Positions 1 through 14,862 of a stretch of DNA of 64,000 nt are shown one piece after another. The stretch's first letter is position 1, and each line of letters begins with the position of its first letter. Position numbers and translations under genes: made by a program. The notes under the pieces were generated by a model. The model had not been told where the DNA came from and did not search any database. It saw nothing but the letters and a program-made list of their open reading frames with translations. The stretch comes from Octopus vulgaris (lineage: Eukaryota): positions 19,406,001 through 19,470,000 of the forward strand of contig OX597832.1 in assembly GCA_951406725.2 (NCBI GenBank), read 5' to 3'.

Positions 1-21
1 CATAAGATAAACATATGCATA

Positions 22-165
<144 letters not shown>

Positions 166-345
166 TAGATAAATGTATTTATGTATCAGTGCATTTATGC
201 AAATATATATATGTATAGTATACATATATCACATATAATTAATTTACATATGCATTAAACACGTACAAATAGACACACTCACATATATATATATATATAA
301 CTATATGCTTATAGTCACGTACAACATATTGACACAGTTATGTTT

Positions 346-421
346 TTTAGACACGTTTCGTAACCATATGTTTGTCTTTTTTCTAACTATAAACAAACGT
401 TTATGCTTTGGTTCTCCAGCC
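346..421 (-). ncRNA. Decayed hammerhead-like motif with extended stem II (Penelope-type)
   Basis: Minus strand reads CTGGAGA-ACC..GTTTGTTT..AAGACAAAC..GGTT-AC-GAAACGTGTC. GAAACG(C/T)GTC is the typical Penelope-associated 3' half. Core A6 is mutated and stem I is not intact. Confidence 0.3.
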
Positions 422-668
422 GTGGCAATACCGACTTTCGACAAGCTTACAGCAGTAACTAATTTCCTGTGATGATTGTAATTGATAATTAAGTTGATAG
501 CTGACTATTATTTCCAGCATGTCAAACTCACTCGAATGGATTTTTCATACATATGCTGTACATATATACATACATACAAAACACACAGAAACATACATGC
601 ACGCACATTCATACACACATACACGGTGAGGTAAATACATACAAACACATACACACACACGCACACAG

Positions 669-717
<49 letters not shown>

Positions 718-1005
718 CGGTGACGTGCATACTTACACACACACAAACACCCACACACACACATACATATATATAAGCCAGTATTTATATATATATATAT
801 ATATATATATTTCATTACAGTGTATGCGTTTGTAGCGAATGTATATATACGAAATTTGACAGTAGATAAATTTACCAATATGTCTACGTGTGTGTATATA
901 TTCAGAGTTGAGTATAAAGCATGTTACACTTAATGAAATAGAGAAGCGGTTGTACACACACGCACGCACAAAATCGCGCACGGACACACATACATAAAGA
1001 TATTC

Positions 1006-1045
<40 letters not shown>

Positions 1046-1494
1046 GTATGTGTGTGTATGTATATATATATATATATATATGTATATATTTATACCTCCA
1101 TATATATGTACATATTTATATATATATGGAAATATACGTATATACACTCCAGCATAGTTAAGTTACTACACTACTCACACAGTAGCTTACAGTCATATAC
1201 ACGAACAGAATCAGACATACACATACACACACACTTGGAACTATGCATGTGTACACACAGACCAACATATAGAAACAAAGCCCGCACACAGTCATTCCAA
1301 CACCTATATACACGCGCAAAGAGAATGAGATAGAAATCAACGATTTTGTCGCTCAGTAAGAAACACAAAGATATGTAGAGACATTGATAGACAGAGAAAC
1401 AGATAGGAAAATTGATTGATGGAGACAGACAGATACACACAAACACAGACACACACATACACACACACACGCACACACACACACACACATATAT

Positions 1495-1960
<466 letters not shown>

Positions 1961-2239
1961 GAGAGACCAGATATAAAGATTCTACTACATTTACACCAAT
2001 CTGCACACACGCATCTCTGCGCGTCACGAACACACCCAAACAGCTGCCTGGGCGCATAGACCTATCAGGAGAACTGCAAAATCCAATGCAGTTCCCTTAT
2101 TGGCATACACAAAACTGCACACACACACGCGTATTTTCGATGCATTGTGTAAATAATTCCAGAAACAAGAAGCGCGTATATATGTACATAAATGCATTCT
2201 TTTATACGCACTTCATGTATACACACACACACACACACA

Positions 2240-2285
<46 letters not shown>

Positions 2286-2846
2286 TGTATATATGTATAT
2301 GTATGTATGTATATGTACATGTATGTACATATATAGTCGATACATAATGTACGTGCATATAAATATATATTAATTTGTATGTAATTTCAAAATATATATA
2401 CACACACAAATATCACATATGAAATAATTTGCACGCATATATACAAATATATATATATGTATAAACTCAGATATACATACGTATGTTAGCATACCTACAT
2501 GCTTATGTATATATGTAAGTGTATATATTATATGTATATGCTTTTAAATTTATATATTTACACATGTATATATGTGTATATTTATACGCATATATATGTA
2601 TATAAATATATATGTATATATATGTAATATATATATATGTGCATATATTTGTATATATGTATGTCTATGTGTATGTATATATATATATATATATGTGTAT
2701 ATACATGTATATATATTTTTTCTATGCATATATGTATGTGTATGCATATATATATGTATGCGTATATATATATATGTATATATACATATATGTATATATA
2801 TATGTATGTATGTATATATATACATATATATATATATACATATATG

Positions 2847-2888
<42 letters not shown>

Positions 2889-3364
2889 GTGTGTGTATAT
2901 ATATCTGTGTGTGAGTATGAATATAAATGTATGCGTTAATGTATGTATGTATAAATATATATTTATGTTTATTGGTATCTATGTATATTTATAAGTATAC
3001 ATATATAAACATACATAGACACATATATACATATATATGTGTGTGTTTTAATGTATACGTTGGCTTGCATGTACACGGATATATGCATCTGTGTATATGT
3101 GTATATATGATATATGTTCATGTCTACGTCTAACGTATCACTGTGTTCTTTGAATATTTTAATCTTTAATAAAATTAACATCACATTCTAATGGATTAGA
3201 TATTATTGAAGCTGGTGCGTTTTTTTGTAAAATTATAGGATGAAAGTGAATCTATACATTTGCATTATAGGCCGTATATGTATCTAATACATATATATTT
3301 CAAGAAATTCACACATGCACACATACACTAGCGCTCATACAGCACACACAGCATCCACGCATTC

Positions 3365-3402
<38 letters not shown>

Positions 3403-3450
3403 GCAGACATTTATATAGATATATGCTCTTATATATATATATATATATAT

Positions 3451-3677
3451 ACTTTATTAAAAAGCAGAAAAATTTCAACAAAGATTGCTTGTTACTCAGA
3501 GTTTCACGTTTCCGTTCGTTGGATAGTTTTATTTAGAAAACTGTCCGACGAAACGGGAATGTGAAATTCTGAGTAACAGTTTTTGTTATTTTTTGATGCT
3601 TTTTAATAAAGTATATTACTCTTGTATTCGAGTAATATGTTCCCCACCTTGTTCCGCATTTATGTACTTACTCTGGT
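3451..3677 (+). mobile_element. Fold-back mini-element carrying two divergent hammerhead-like motifs, inserted in (TA)n
   Basis: Arms ~3452-3530 and ~3537-3611 are imperfect inverted repeats; the right arm continues into a unique tail to 3677. Homologous to 31583-31763 and 55877-56067. Confidence 0.8.
3537..3583 (+). ncRNA. Type I minimal hammerhead-like ribozyme (U4C core)
   Basis: AAAACTGT-CCGACGA-AACGGGAATGT-GAAA-TTCTGAG-TA-ACAGTTTT. Perfect 8-bp stem I (AAAACTGT/ACAGTTTT), short stem II, GUA cleavage triplet. Confidence 0.65.
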
Positions 3678-3873
3678 ATATATATATATATGTTTAGTGT
3701 TTTGAATATATATATATATATATGGAAATATTTATATATCCACCAGGTACAATCATATATACAATCATACATATTTTTACATTTGCACATATATATGAAT
3801 GTCGTTTTGAATCGGAGTATATATACTATTATTATGATATATATCATACATATATATGCGTATATATATATCT

Positions 3874-3950
<77 letters not shown>

Positions 3951-3962
3951 TATATATATATA

Positions 3963-4134
3963 CTCCTTTAGTCTTTTATTTGCTTCAGTCGTTTGACTGC
4001 GGCCATTCTGGAGTACGCCTTTTTTCGAGCAAATCGCCCCCGGGGCTTATTCTTTGCAAGGCTAGCACTCATTCTATCGGTCACTTTTACTGAATCGCTA
4101 GGTTGCAGGAACTTAAAGACAACAGCATCAGTTG
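3963..4134 (-). mobile_element. SINE family A, 3' half
   Basis: Matches the 3' part of the full copies (ggcggtgctccagcatggccgcagtcaaatgactgaaac tail). Confidence 0.8.
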
Positions 4135-4136
4135 AA

Positions 4137-4168
<32 letters not shown>

Positions 4169-4934
4169 AATATATATATATATATACATATAGCTTGATG
4201 ATCACTCTTTAACCTTTGTACCTATTATTATAATAGTCCTAGTTAGTATACCACGATGAACCTGATCTTTGATCAAATTATTCGACATTTGACCGCTCAA
4301 AATATTTAATAAATCTTTTTGAATTTATTTTAATATGACGTTAAAAAATTTCCTATATATTTTAACTACCGTGTTTTGAATTGACCACTTTCAGAATTTC
4401 ACATAAATTTTAAATTTATTAGTTTAAGATGTTAAAATAGTATTTATTTTTCTATTTGTTTATTATATTTAGCAAATCCTGCGACCACTTACATCGCAAT
4501 TTGTAGTGACATTACGCCTTTTGGTATTATGAATCCTACGAGACATTTTATATTTAATACTTCCTTATTTTGAAGTATTTTAAAAATCTTATTATATATT
4601 TAAAAAGATTCAAGCGTGAATCGAAATTGATTCTTCCTAGTGAACTTACCCCGGGACTATTTCAAGTGCTAACTATTTACCTTAAATGATTGATCATCTG
4701 ACAGCCGAAATAGTATCCAAACCAAATTACTTTCAAATAATTTTATGCAGTTTTAAAGAAAAGAAATCGTTGAATAACTTGTATGTACGCTGTATATACA
4801 TACATACATACATACATACATGCATACATACATCCTGTACATATATATATATATATATGCATGTATATATACATATAGGTGTAGGTATGTAGATATATGT
4901 ATGTATGCATATGTTTTATTTATTAAATTGTTAT

Positions 4935-5009
<75 letters not shown>

Positions 5010-5323
5010 GTATAAAAATTATATATAAAAAAAACATAAGAACGTGAAATACACAAAGAGACGAACACAAAAACGGACGGGTCGTTCGAAGCCTTTAATC
5101 TTCAGTCAGAAACCGGATCATCATAGCAAATTTCGGCTGATATATATATGATTTTAAAATAGGATTAAATCTTTATAAGAATTTAGCAAGTAGTTAGCGT
5201 GAACAACCTCATAAGGGAAAAAAATGTATTAATTATTGCCTTTAAACTATGTGTTTTTTATGGTAGTTTTTACCTTTAAGTGTCCCACCTAGCGTGAGGC
5301 ATTTAAGTACAGTAATGCCCTTA

Positions 5324-5436
<113 letters not shown>

Positions 5437-5715
5437 CATATACCGTAACTTCAAGAATTCTTTAGATTCATAGAGAGATAGATAGAGAGTGAGAGAGAGA
5501 GCGATACGTTTTTACATATGTATGTCTATATACATACACACACATACATATATATGTATATATACAAATATATATATATATATATGTACATATGCATACA
5601 CATGCATATACACTTATATATACATATCCATAAATAGGCAACTGCAAGTATATTTTGTAATATACCTACCTGTATATTTACATATACGCATATACACACA
5701 CACGCACACACCCAT

Positions 5716-5788
<73 letters not shown>

Positions 5789-5949
5789 TTTATGTATATG
5801 CTTGTATACGTATAATATGTAATTTAATATATGGGGTATTTAGTATTATAATGCCTATCACCCTGGTTTTACCTGGTGATAAACTGAAGCTAATACCTCA
5901 TGTACTGTGTAGCTTAGAAAAACAGAAATGCAAATACAAATACAAATTT

Positions 5950-5990
<41 letters not shown>

Positions 5991-6332
5991 AGAGTGTGTT
6001 TGTGTGTGTGTGTACATGTGTGTGTATTTGTGTATGCAATATTTCATTCACCAATTGTATTACGGGAACTTATCTTAACAACGTTAGATCTTGTACACTA
6101 CGGTGCTAATGATAATGTTACTGATTTTTGTTTGCTACTCTCTCTAAGGTTAGCAATTAAATACTCTTTTTTCTAGTGCTTCAGTGTCGCTCCAAAAGTG
6201 AAACATACTTTAAATATACTTTCTATATGTTTAATAAGAAAGTGCTAGCCAAACTCTGGAGCGCCGTGTCATTCACAATATATTTCTGCCTAACTCTACC
6301 TCGCGGGACGCGATATAAATCTATCTATATAC

Positions 6333-6385
<53 letters not shown>

Positions 6386-6946
6386 TGCATGCATACACTC
6401 GTATGTATACATGTTTGTGTGTATGTATATATGTTTAAAACTGGCCCCAGTTTAATTCAACTGAAGCCCGTTTACTTAAGATATTTTGACTGAACACTAT
6501 TGCTGCAGAAAGTTAAATATTTGTGGTGCTACAACACCAAAGCTTTCCTCCCGTGACTATCGCATCTTATATTCAGAAAATGTGTTTACTATTACTATAT
6601 CCGATTTACCTGTTCTTGCCAAAATTACTCATGTTTTGCTATTGATGTTGTTGTTGTGTTTAATATCAGATCAATGTGATTCAGTAGTTCTTTGATTAAA
6701 CTTATTCGAGATGAGACAATCACTTATATTTTAATTTATTTATTGAAAGACCGCAATTGTGCAATCGCGGTTTCGATCCCACCGTGTGGTATTTTAGGTA
6801 CACTACTTTATCAAACTCTAGGTTCCTCCTTCGGTTATGTTAAAAGCGGGTAGACGGTATCACTGTAGAAGACTATCGGGTAGATTGTACACGTAATTCA
6901 AACGTAGAACCATGTCACATGTGGCGACATTCGGAATTTGATATTA

Positions 6947-7450
6947 TAGATTGGTATTTAGTCACGGTGCTTTACGTTCTGAGTTCAAATCCCGCTGAGG
7001 ATAACTTTGCCTTCCATCCTTCCAGGGTTGATAAAACGCATTATATGAAAGGTATACTTTTATGCCGTATGTTCACTTACACACTAATTCAGAGAGCAGT
7101 TGATCAACAACTCACATCGTCGAATCCGACGGAGATCCATTATACTAAGTATTTTATCCCAATTTGTCCTACCTCATCTATAAAATGTTAACGACTGTGG
7201 TTTTGAGGTAGATTTGGTTGCTATTTCTAGCATGTCAAATTCCTTGGTGGCTGTAGGTCTCCTACACTGTCTCGAGGAATCAATCAGTGTTAATATCGAT
7301 TTCTAGCACAAGATACCGTTAGATGGGGGAAGAATGGTGTTGATTAAATCGATTTTCGCGTTTTATCAACCCTGGAAGGATGAAAGGCAAAGTTGTCCTC
7401 AGCGGGATTTGAACTCAGAACGTAAAGCACCGTGACTAAATACCAATCTA
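6947..7450. repeat. 93-bp inverted duplication of a Meta-type SINE fragment (6947-7039 / 7358-7450)
   Basis: Arms are reverse complements with only two differences and share private mutations relative to other copies in the window. Confidence 0.9.
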
Positions 7451-7538
7451 CAGTATCGATTATTTCTGATATTGATTTCTAACATTCATAGATTTTATTT
7501 CTGGCTAGATAAATGCGACTTGCGTGAGTGAATTTGTA

Positions 7539-7559
<21 letters not shown>

Positions 7560-7570
<11 letters not shown>

Positions 7571-7622
7571 CGTGTGACCATCTATGTATTTTATGTATGT
7601 GTGTGTATTTATCTCTCTCTCT

Positions 7623-7687
<65 letters not shown>

Positions 7688-7951
7688 ATGAGTCCATTTC
7701 TCTACGTATGTTATGTGTGTGCATTTATATCTCTCTCTATATATGTGTGTGTGTATTTATCAGTGTGTGTATGTATAGAGATTCTCAGACGCATTTTTGT
7801 GTGTGTGTGTCCATCTTTCTATGTATGCTATGTATGTGTATGCATTTATCTCTCTCAATATATATGGGTGTGACTGTGTGCATGTGTGTGTGTGAGTTTC
7901 TCCATCTCCCTATATATGTTATGTATATGTGTGTATTTATCTCTCTCTATT

Positions 7952-7986
<35 letters not shown>

Positions 7987-8035
7987 TTATCAGTGTGTGT
8001 ATGTTTAGTGATTCTCAGACGCATCTGTGCGTGTG
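7560..8035. repeat. Degenerate minisatellite of (TC)/(TA)/(TG) cassettes
   Basis: Recurrent ccat..ctatgtatgttatgt..tttatctctct units; tttatcagtgtgtgtatgt..gattctcagacgcat occurs twice. Confidence 0.7.
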
Positions 8036-8363
8036 TGTATGCACATGTTTATATATATGCGTGTTTACATATTCATAGAGACTGAGGAAATATTTAATTA
8101 CACACCCACATATACGTGTGTATATAAGCATTATATGTGAATGTATACATACGTATTTTATATCACTTTATATTATATTATTCCCATGTACCTAACTGTT
8201 ATTATCTTTCATCGCACCTGTACGGGTGACATACGCAAAATCACAACATGCCAACCTTTAACGGAATTTGAACTCAGAATCTAAAATTACGACGGTGAAC
8301 AACGCAAGCTATTTCGTCGAATGCTCTACTCATTCTTACAATTCAACACCCGAATTAGTCTCA

Positions 8364-8921
8364 ATATTAGCAGTATTTAGCGTTATTTAATCTGTCTTTA
8401 TGCTCTGAGTTCAAATTCCGCCGAGGTCGAATTTGCATTTCATCCTTTCGCGGTCGATAAATTAAGTACCAGTTATGTACTGGTGTTTAGCTAATCGACT
8501 ATCCCCACTTCCCCCAAAATTTCGGGCCTTGTGCCTAGAGTAGAAAAGAATATTAGCACTATTTAGCAGTATTTCATCTGTCTTTATGTTCCGACTTCAA
8601 ATTCCACCGAGATCGAATTTGCATTTCATCCTTTCGGGGTCGATAAATTAAGTACCAGCTGCATACTGGAATCGAACTAATCGACTGCCCCTCTTTCTTA
8701 TGCCTAGAGTAGAGAAGAATATTAGCAGTATTTAGCGGTATTTCTTCTGTCTTTACGTTCCTAGTTCAAATTCCGCCGAGGTCGATTTTGCTTTTCATCA
8801 TTTCGGGGTCGATGAATTAAGTACCAGTTGCGTACTGGTATCGAGCTAATCGACTGCCCCCCACTTTCCCCAAAAATTTCAGGCCTTGTGCCAAGGAGTA
8901 GAAGAAAATATTAGCAGTATT
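8364..8921 (+). mobile_element. Three tandem headless Meta-type SINE units separated by the target motif aatattagca(g/c)tatt
   Basis: Each unit has ttcaaattcc(g/a)ccgag.tcga.tttgc.tttcatc.tttc..ggtcgat.aattaagtaccag; the 14-bp spacer occurs four times. Confidence 0.85.
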
Positions 8922-9431
8922 CCAACAGCAGGAATAATATTTGGAATGTAATACAAAACCTTCTTCATTTGCTTTGTCAAACGGCATTTTTTGTTGACAA
9001 ATTAGGTGTCGGTAACTCTAGACAAGTGCGTGCGCCGCTATCAACACACAATTAACTACACTGGTGGTAGTGGTGCTGAGGTTACAGTTGGTGTTGTTGT
9101 TGTTGTTACTGTTCTGGCAGTGTTGGATTGTGTTTGGGTTAACCACGATCAAAAGCATTCTATCCGGCTGCGGTCATCAAATATCTTCAAGTTACCTTTT
9201 TTTTTTTTTTTTTTAGTGTTTTATATTTTGATATTGTTGTCTTCTATATTCTTACAGTCACTGGATTGCAGCCATGCTGGAGCACCGCCTTCAAGGATGT
9301 TTTGTCTAACATATCGACCCCGAGAATTTATTTTTCTCTTTTAAGACTTGTAACCTTGTTAATTTATTCTGTCAGTATCTTCTGACGAACCGCTAATTTA
9401 CGGGATTCGAGGTACAAACTTGCATTATCAC

Positions 9432-9518
<87 letters not shown>

Positions 9519-9521
<3 letters not shown>

Positions 9522-9830
9522 CGCTGGTGGTGCGGCTGTGTGGTAAGTAGCTTGCTTACCAACAACATGGTTCCGAGTTCAGTGCCACTGCGCGGCACCT
9601 TAGACAAGTGTCGGGCAGACCAAGGCCATCGTATATATATATATTTGCTTGTCTGTGTTTGATCACCCCCACCCTCGCTTGACAACCGATGCTGGTGTGT
9701 TTACGTCCCCGTAACTTAACAGTTCGGCCAAAGTAGTAGGCTTACAATGAATAAGTTCTTGGGTCGATTTGCTCGACTAAAAGTGGTGCTCCAGTATGGC
9801 TACAGATTGAAACAGATGCAAGAAAAAAAG
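9519..9830 (+). mobile_element. SINE family A (tRNA-like head, CORE-like cttgggcaagtg centre, internal microsatellite, RTE-like tail), internally deleted
   Basis: Head tgcggctgtgtggtaag..ggttccgagttcagtgcc with Pol III A/B-like boxes; tail shared with other copies. Confidence 0.85.
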
Positions 9831-11006
9831 TATATATATATATTTGCCGGGCTTTTAAAAGTTTCCGTTTACCACTCCACCCACAATGCTTTCGTCGGCC
9901 CTGGGTCATAGAAAACACTTTTCCAAGTGACCAAGCAGTGGGATTGAAACTAGATCCGCATAGCTGGGGAGTTAACTTCTGGCCATATAGCGAAGTATAT
10001 TTTATATATAGTATATAACATCTTTGTCTTGCTCGGTGTGAACTGAGGACTATTTAGGTACTATTTCTAGCAGAGGTCGGGTGGCTACTGCACAAGGTGG
10101 AGAAATCACTCTTCTTGGTAGATTATATTTGCTGTGACATTTTAAGTCGAACCGATTTAGTTTTAAATATCAATTTTTTTTATCCCCCTTCACGTACAAG
10201 CGACAGACAAGCATCTCCGGGTTTATATATAAACCATCGTCTGAAAATCGCATTTACTTCGAACATGAGTAGAAAGGTCTCGAGCAACAACAACAATAAC
10301 AATAACAACAGCAAGACATCAATCTGTCTGCCTTGAGACCAACAATACGAAATATTCGGTGATGACCCAACGATGCATTAGGGGGGATACGGGTCATCGC
10401 ATGTCCATTATTTATTCCCAATTTGTAGATAACAGTGTCCAGTCTTTCCGAGACTGGACACGGTTACGATTCTAGGTCGCAAGGTGGAGAGACAAATGTG
10501 GTTAATATTTCACTACACTAACATAACCACTAGAATAATGTTATTACTTCAGCTTTTCAACGACGGAGGATTACACACTGGCAAACCGGTTTCCATACCG
10601 TGGAGTAAACAAATCCCGTCACACACACACACACAGACACACACACACACACACACACAAACACACAAACACAAACACACACACTTTGATGTAAATTTAC
10701 AAATATATATATATATATCAGATATATGAGATAGATATATATATAAATGTACATACGCACATATGTCGTAAGTGTGTGTATGTGTGTGTATGTATGTGTG
10801 TGTGTGAGGGTGTGTATGTGTGAGTGTGTGTGTGTGTACGTGCGAGTTGGTGTTCTTGTTAATCCAGAAACTTCATAAAACGCATTCAAGCTGTGAGTGA
10901 ACATTCTACCTTCGTAAGACCATTGTTGAAAATGTCCTTCATTTACACATCCTTACAATACATACCTACATAAATTCATACTTACACACGCGCTGTGTGT
11001 GTGTAT

Positions 11007-11058
<52 letters not shown>

Positions 11059-11435
11059 CTACACACATATATGTTTATATATATATATATATATATGTAT
11101 GTGTATATATATGCATATATTTAAGTATGCATATATATACATACTTTCATATCTATATATTTATAAGCATACATATATACGTCTATGCCCATATATACAT
11201 ATATACAGATACACGCGCACACATAAACATATGTACGTGTGTATACAATTCAATATACGCATTAATGCATGTATATACACAGACCTATATGTATTTATAT
11301 ATATATGTGTGTGTGTGTATCTATGTATGTTTGTGTGCACGCGTCTTTATATACATATTTTTATATAAATGTATATATATATATACATATGCATATTTAT
11401 ATACATAGGAATAGTATAAATACATTTACACCTGC

Positions 11436-11473
<38 letters not shown>

Positions 11474-11531
11474 GTACTCAAGTCTGTCTATCTCCCTCTC
11501 TATGTATCTATCTTGCTACACTCACACACGA

Positions 11532-11587
<56 letters not shown>

Positions 11588-12044
11588 CTGCGTGTGTATG
11601 TGTGCATACACAGAAACATACACTCACACGTAGAAGCATATACATGTATTTGCTAGTGCGTATATACTTGTGTCTAGCCAAGCGTTTACGAATTTCGATT
11701 TGTAGCCACAAAATCTCAGGTTCGATCTGAATATGAGGCATACTGAGTAAACGCCTATTATCTCAGATCGATGCATTTCTTGAGGAAGAAATAACGTCGA
11801 CGGAAACTACACAGAAGCCCATCGCGTCTCTTATATATGCGATTGAAAATATGCCGTATCTAATTGATACCGAATAACATTAAAGGTGCACGTGCCCGGA
11901 AAATGGTCAGCTGGTTACTGTACTAGTCAGGAGCAGGTCACTTCGTTAATATAATTACTGAGTCCCCTCGACCTACGAAGAGTTTCCAACACACCACCGT
12001 CTTACATGAATATACCTCTATATATACATATACATATGTGTCTC

Positions 12045-12535
12045 CACGACCAACATTTGATAACCGGTGTTACTGTGTTCATGTCCCACGTAACTTAGCG
12101 CTCCATCAAAAGTATTTGATAGCAAAATACCAGACTTCGAAAAATAAGATAATTATCGGGGTTGTTTCATTGGACTAACATTTTTTCCAAGTCGGTGCCC
12201 CAGCTTGGCCCCATGCTTCCCGACTACATGGTTCCAGGTTCAGTCCCACTACGTGGAACGTTGGGCAAGATTCTTCCACTATAGCCTCGAGTCGACCAAA
12301 GGTGGAAACTGAAAGAAGCCCGTATTATATATCTGTGAGTGTGTGTTTAAGCCTGGGTTTCTTCCACCTCCACCCAACGTTGATGTGTTTACGTCCCCGT
12401 AACCATAGCGGTTCGGCAAAGGAGAACGATAAAATAAGTACTAGGCTTAGAAAGAACAAATTCTGCGGTCGATTGACTCTTTTAAGGCGGTGCTCCAGCA
12501 TGGCCGAAGTCAAATAACTGAAACAAGTAAAATAA
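12045..12535 (+). mobile_element. SINE family A fragments (decayed 3' half followed by a near-full copy)
   Basis: catggttccaggttcagtcccactacgtgg..gggcaag..ggcggtgctccagcatggcc..gaaacaagtaaaa. Confidence 0.8.
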
Positions 12536-12590
12536 TAAAAGAATATATAATAATAATAATATATACATGTATGTATGTGTGTGTGTGTAC

Positions 12591-12621
<31 letters not shown>

Positions 12622-12693
12622 TGCGTGTATATATATATATATATGTATACATATATAAATATCTATATGTATATATATACATATATACCGATG

Positions 12694-12741
<48 letters not shown>

Positions 12742-12749
12742 TACAGATG

Positions 12750-12781
<32 letters not shown>

Positions 12782-12808
12782 CATATATATAGGTGTTTAT
12801 ATGTATAT

Positions 12809-12840
<32 letters not shown>

Positions 12841-12847
12841 GTGTATA

Positions 12848-12904
<57 letters not shown>

Positions 12905-13226
12905 AGTACACAGACACACAGACACACACGGACACATATATATATAAGCTTATATATGCATATATTTATATATGGGTAGTGACATACATCATCAACATCA
13001 TGAAAAAGGCGATATACATAACTATGCGTGTGTGTTTTGCGTGTGTGTCTGTGAGTCACATCGCATCAAAGTCCACCTAAGATATGTACAGCTGTATTAC
13101 TTTTACATATGAGGTGTAATGTAACGCAACTACATGTCGCGTTTTGCATGGAGTGATATAGCGGCACATTCATGTGTCTGGGTGTGTGTGCACGCACGGG
13201 CGTATGTTCGTATGTAGTGTTTTCAA

Positions 13227-13271
<45 letters not shown>

Positions 13272-13292
13272 TACTGATGCAGACACATACCC

Positions 13293-13336
<44 letters not shown>

Positions 13337-13424
13337 ATCTTTATTTAATACCTGTAAGTTACATCACACGTGTTTACATATATACACACGCACAAAGATA
13401 TTTCGCTGGATGTATAGCTAGCTA

Positions 13425-13465
13425 GATAGATAGAGAGGTAGATATTTAGATAGATAGACAGATAG

Positions 13466-13496
<31 letters not shown>

Positions 13497-13530
13497 GGTA
13501 GACAAACAGACAGGCAAATACATAGATACG

Positions 13531-13586
<56 letters not shown>

Positions 13587-13587
13587 G

Positions 13588-13658
<71 letters not shown>

Positions 13659-13659
13659 G

Positions 13660-13724
<65 letters not shown>

Positions 13725-13725
13725 A
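13425..13725. repeat. (GATA)n microsatellite
   Basis: Direct reading. Confidence 0.95.
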
Positions 13726-14862
13726 CCTGAAATATAGGTGGAGGGATTCGGAAAAAAATTTATGGAGAAGAAAAGTTAGGAAAATTACATATTACTACAT
13801 GGATTAAATTCGCGACGATGACGACGACTGTGATGATGATGATGATGATGATGGCGGGGATGCTGCATGTGGAATAGTTCCATGCTGTTGTTGTTGTTAT
13901 TGAGCTTTAAATCAGCTTTGAACGAGCATTCTAATCGCGACCATTCCAAATTCTTTGTTTTGTTTTTCTATCTAATAAAACTTCTTCGCATTGAACTGAA
14001 GACATAATCTTCAGTGACCTTTCCAAAAGTTTGATTTTGCGAGAGATTACGCTTCTATTTCTAGCAGGTTTAATCCTTACCTAGCTACACCGTGTGGATT
14101 ATCTTGCTGCTGGTTATAATGGTGTTTGCTGATGGCTGCAGCGGTGGTGGCTTTATCGTGGTGTTGATGATAGCGTTACTGCAGCTATGTGCTGAGGTAT
14201 AACGGCTTTATGCTGCCGGCATAATGGTATTAGTGTTTAGTGTTATTGCAGTGTTATCGTAGGTTTAGTGATATCACAATGTTATAGCATTAGTGCTATC
14301 GTAACTTACAGTTATCGTGGTATTATCGTAGTTTTCGTGTTATCATAGTATTAAGTGTTATCATTGGTGTTGTTTTTTTTTTTTTTGAAGTGTTATTGGA
14401 GAATTTTAATGTTACGACGTCGATATAGTACATCTATGATAATGCTATGATGTCATAATTCTGTTACAGATATAATGTCATATAGTATTTATTATATATT
14501 GTTATATTGAGATTACTGTGGGATTGTCACAGTGTCGTTATAATGATATTTCGGTGGTTTTGTGGCGGTGTTACAGTGGTGTCGTTATACGGTATTATAG
14601 CAGTGTTAAAGTAGTGTATTTATGGAGTTACATCAATGTTATACTGGTGTTAATGCAGTGGTCTTACAATGATATTATAGTCGTATTGTAGTAGTGTTGT
14701 TACAGTGGTCCTGTTATACATCATAGGGAGTTTAATATAGTGTTATGTTGATGATACTGTGATGTTCTTGTAGTGGTGTTAGAGTGGTATATAACGACAT
14801 TATAATGGCAGTGTAGTGTTGCATATTACACGGTATTATGCATATTAATTTGTGTTAGATCT

